NCBI GenBank assembly: GCA_045837725.1 | Contig: JBEWZL010000089.1 | Coordinates: 1 to 64,000, forward strand | Direction: 5' to 3' | From: Vermamoeba vermiformis | Lineage: Eukaryota | DNA: 64,000 nucleotides | Shown here: piece by piece, positions 61,112 to 64,000 of the stretch | Numbering within the stretch: the first letter of the stretch is position 1 | Layout of the letters: the number at the start of each line of letters is the position of its first letter | The notes under the pieces: generated by a model | The model's input: the letters and a program-made list of their open reading frames with translations, nothing else | Databases searched by the model: none | Told to the model about the DNA's origin: nothing | Program-made: the position numbers and the translations under genes

Positions 61112-63316
61112 ATGGAAAAATTCGGCTTCAAAAAGCCAGTAAACTCAGAATCAGAAGTTTCGATCTCTGATCGGCTTGTGATCAGCTCAAGAATGAATGC
61201 AAAGCCAGCCATATGCTATTCAAAATGTAGCATTCCATATAGTTCTAAAGATGCCTACTTCGGTACGTTCTAATACGACTCATGAAAATTATGTTTCTTT
61301 CCCTTCCAAATGCCAAGTTTAGCTTTTATTTAATTTTACTAATTAATTTGCTTATTATTACGTCGATAACGCATTGTAAGATTACTTACGGCCGAATTTA
61401 AAATGATTTATCTGAAATTTAAGCAATTCAATTTCAAAAGTTTTTGTGAATTCGATTTGGGCCTTGTACTTGCTTCCTTTGATTTGTATATAATCAATCC
61501 GTTCTTATATACCATTATATAGAATTGCAAGTACTATTGCCTGGAGAAATCGCTATCGGGTTCGCGATCGCGGCCAAGAAAGAGATGAAGAGGCGCGAGT
61601 ACGGATCTGCAACATTCAATCAAAGTAAGACAACATACCAACCGAACCGCCTTTAATATGATTTATTGACCGTTACATCAATCAAGATTCGTTCTATTAC
61701 AAATCCAAAGACGGCATCATGATCGGAAATTTTAGCAAGCGGATTACCGCGGACTGGTTCTCATCGAGCTACAACTCCATCGGTGACACTATTGGCTGCG
61801 CTATTTCCAAAAATGGTAATAGAGATATTACGCTGCTTCTTTCAAAGTTAACTCGGAGTATTTTTCTTACCAGGTGAGTTCATCTTCGTGTCGCGGGAAG
61901 GCATCAAATCAACACTCCGTCCGAGACGCACTTTGACAGGTGTCACTCTCGTGCCGTTCATTGTGGTCGGCGAGGGCGCGGCTGTTGCGGTCAATGTTGG
62001 TCAATTGAAATTCAAACACCACGGCCTCGGTCTCGGTCATCCAACCCGCCTGTTGACACGATCACGTGACACCAACACAGCTCCGAGCAGCGTGTCAGCA
62101 CCGAGTGGCGTGGTGGCACGAGGCAATCACGTGACATGCGTGGTCGAGCACAATCAATCGCGCACGTGTCTCGCGAACAGACCTCTCGTGCTCAACGATG
62201 CACAACAGGTGCCGTACTTTGAAGTCAAATTCACGCACGTTGAAGGACTCGTGGCCGTGGGTCTGTTGCCCACTGACAACCAATCACTGCACCCGCCCTC
62301 ATCAGTGGGCCTCGCGAACAACGGCAACTGTTATGTGCACTCCAAGTACGCGCGGTGGCTGGCGTCCTATCAAGCCAATGACGTGATTGGCTGTGGACTC
62401 GCGACCAATTCGTTCAATCAGCTCTCGGCTTTCTTCACCAAGAACGGTCAATTTTTAGGTACGAGTAGCGTGCTGTAGGTGTCTTTCAGTGCCTAACCAT
62501 GCCTTAGACTTTGCTCCCGGTACTATCTATAGACCACGTGATGTTGTGCCAGGCGTCAGATTGGCGGGACAGTGTTCCGCAACGATGAATTTTGATCGCG
62601 AAGACTTTGTTTGGGACATCAATCAGTGGCCTGTCTTCGATCAAGTCAACTACTTCTCAGCCCTGCCCATTGAATTACAATCGCGCATATTGATGGTACG
62701 CCTATTAATTCTTTTAGATGACTATTGTAGTATATCTAATGCCTCGTTTAGTTCTCCGCCGAAACTAAAAGCTTTGCGTGTTTGAGTTTAGCTCTCGTGT
62801 GCAAAGAATTCAGTGAACTGGCGCACATGAATGTTGTATGGAAAAGACTGTACTTGAGAACATTTCCCTTTCAGAACAAGAAACTGCGCGTCAGGAATTG
62901 GTACAAATTCTTCAAACGACGATTTGTGCACGAGCGGTACTGGGGCAAGACGACATTCGAGTCGTTGTCAATAGGTAAGCGAATATGATTATTTAATACA
63001 TCTCAAGTACTTATGAGTGCCTAAAAGAGAACTGTAATAAGTGCGATGACAAGTGCCCCATCACGTGGCGCGAGTTGCAGCTGACAACACAAAGCGACAT
63101 TCGAGTGTGCAACGCGTGCAAGAATCGTCGACTCGTGTACTTGGTGCAAGACCCCAATGCGTTGAAAGAACACTACGACAAGGGCCATCTCGCTGTATAT
63201 AATGTAAGTCCTAGGGAGATGACACTTCGACACTTTTGATGACACGTGTCACTTAGAATACCCAGCCCAAGCTCGAAGAAGTGTACAACTGCAACGTGCC
63301 CAACAAGCTGCACTAG
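61112..63316 (+). CDS. SPRY-domain and F-box protein, multi-exon
   Basis: PYFEVK..DVIGCG..FFTKNGQFLG; F-box FSALPIELQSRIL..LALVCKEF. Confidence 0.85.
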
Positions 63317-63412
63317 ACACAGCCTCAATAGCCTCGGTACTCGCAGCAGATAGAGTGAATTCGATGCTATTTACATAATGTACAGTGTGATATAATTACA
63401 AATGAACGTGTT

Positions 63413-64000
63413 TTAGCTCCTCAAGTTCGTCACAGCCAAGTACGACAGCGTGTGTTTGTTGTTAGTTGAAGAAGGCTCGCCGTTCAGCACCAGTGACGCG
63501 TCACGCATTTCTTGCTGCAACTTCTCCAAGCGATGCAAACGACGGTTCAGTGGCACGTGGAACAGATGTGACGACAAGCGGCTGTACAACAGACCCATTC
63601 TGAAGGACCAGTTTCTGAAGAGGGACATTAGGACATGTTTGTATATGATGTAAATAACTCTAGTTACGTACTCTGTTTGCCATAACCAGCTCTCATAATC
63701 ACGACGGGCTTTGTGGATCTCGATCATAGAATCCACGGTCGGGAGGCCCATTCGACGTCCAGCGATATTGTCGGCGGACATTTCGACTTTAGAGTGAAAG
63801 GCACCAGTGACAGCACTGTAGCCGAGCAATACTGGCAACGTCCATTGAGGTTGCTAAAAGTACGGTACGGATCAGATCTAGGTCCTTTTGCTGATTAAGA
63901 ATTCGCTACTGACCTTATGCAACAATACTGCAGCTACGCCCATAGTGGCTAATAAAAATGAATTGCAGAAGGAATGATTGGCCAAATAATGACCGATCTC
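63413..64000 (-). CDS. Hypothetical protein; 5' part probably outside the window
   Basis: Spliced ORF segments with GT-AG introns (~63618-63670 and ~63864-63910); no family recognised. Confidence 0.55.

Noticed and set aside
1-64000. Alternative genetic code, selenocysteine recoding or U12-type introns
   Set aside because: The ORF breaks I traced are explained by ordinary spliceosomal introns; no RTATCCTT donors seen at junctions

Overview
A compact, intron-rich eukaryotic nuclear segment in the standard genetic code. It is most likely an amoebozoan protist, inferred from a Dictyostelium-type STAT; the species is not determined. Positions 1-~2100 are a CpG-depleted repeat zone containing a ~1.1 kb element with 37-bp terminal inverted repeats. 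The rest holds about 31 tightly packed spliced genes, many in head-to-head pairs: mitochondrial RbfA, UBXN7-like, HYPK, FIRRM-like, MTFR-like, STAT, a CUE/Zn-finger protein, a PLP desulfhydrase, EPG5, DnaJ, PEX7, PET127, a Rel/NFAT-like IPT protein, CENP-K, C2-RhoGEF, an atypical tail-anchored eIF4E, an ankyrin-TKL kinase, an ABHD hydrolase with two intronic tRNAs, a Kelch protein, a Zn-finger protein, MED28, NDUFB7, TYW3, enoyl-CoA hydratase, BDH and a SPRY/F-box protein. The strongest unexplained signal is a set of highly iterated palindromes written through both exons and introns. Manual minimum counts are TGACACGTGTCA 17 exact copies, TTCASTGAA 18 and CAGATCTG 11, plus pervasive CACGTG. 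The first two are concentrated in one domain and avoid AT-rich gene 5' ends. Gene coordinates are outer CDS limits from manual splice reconstruction, and family calls come from recalled motifs, not database searches.
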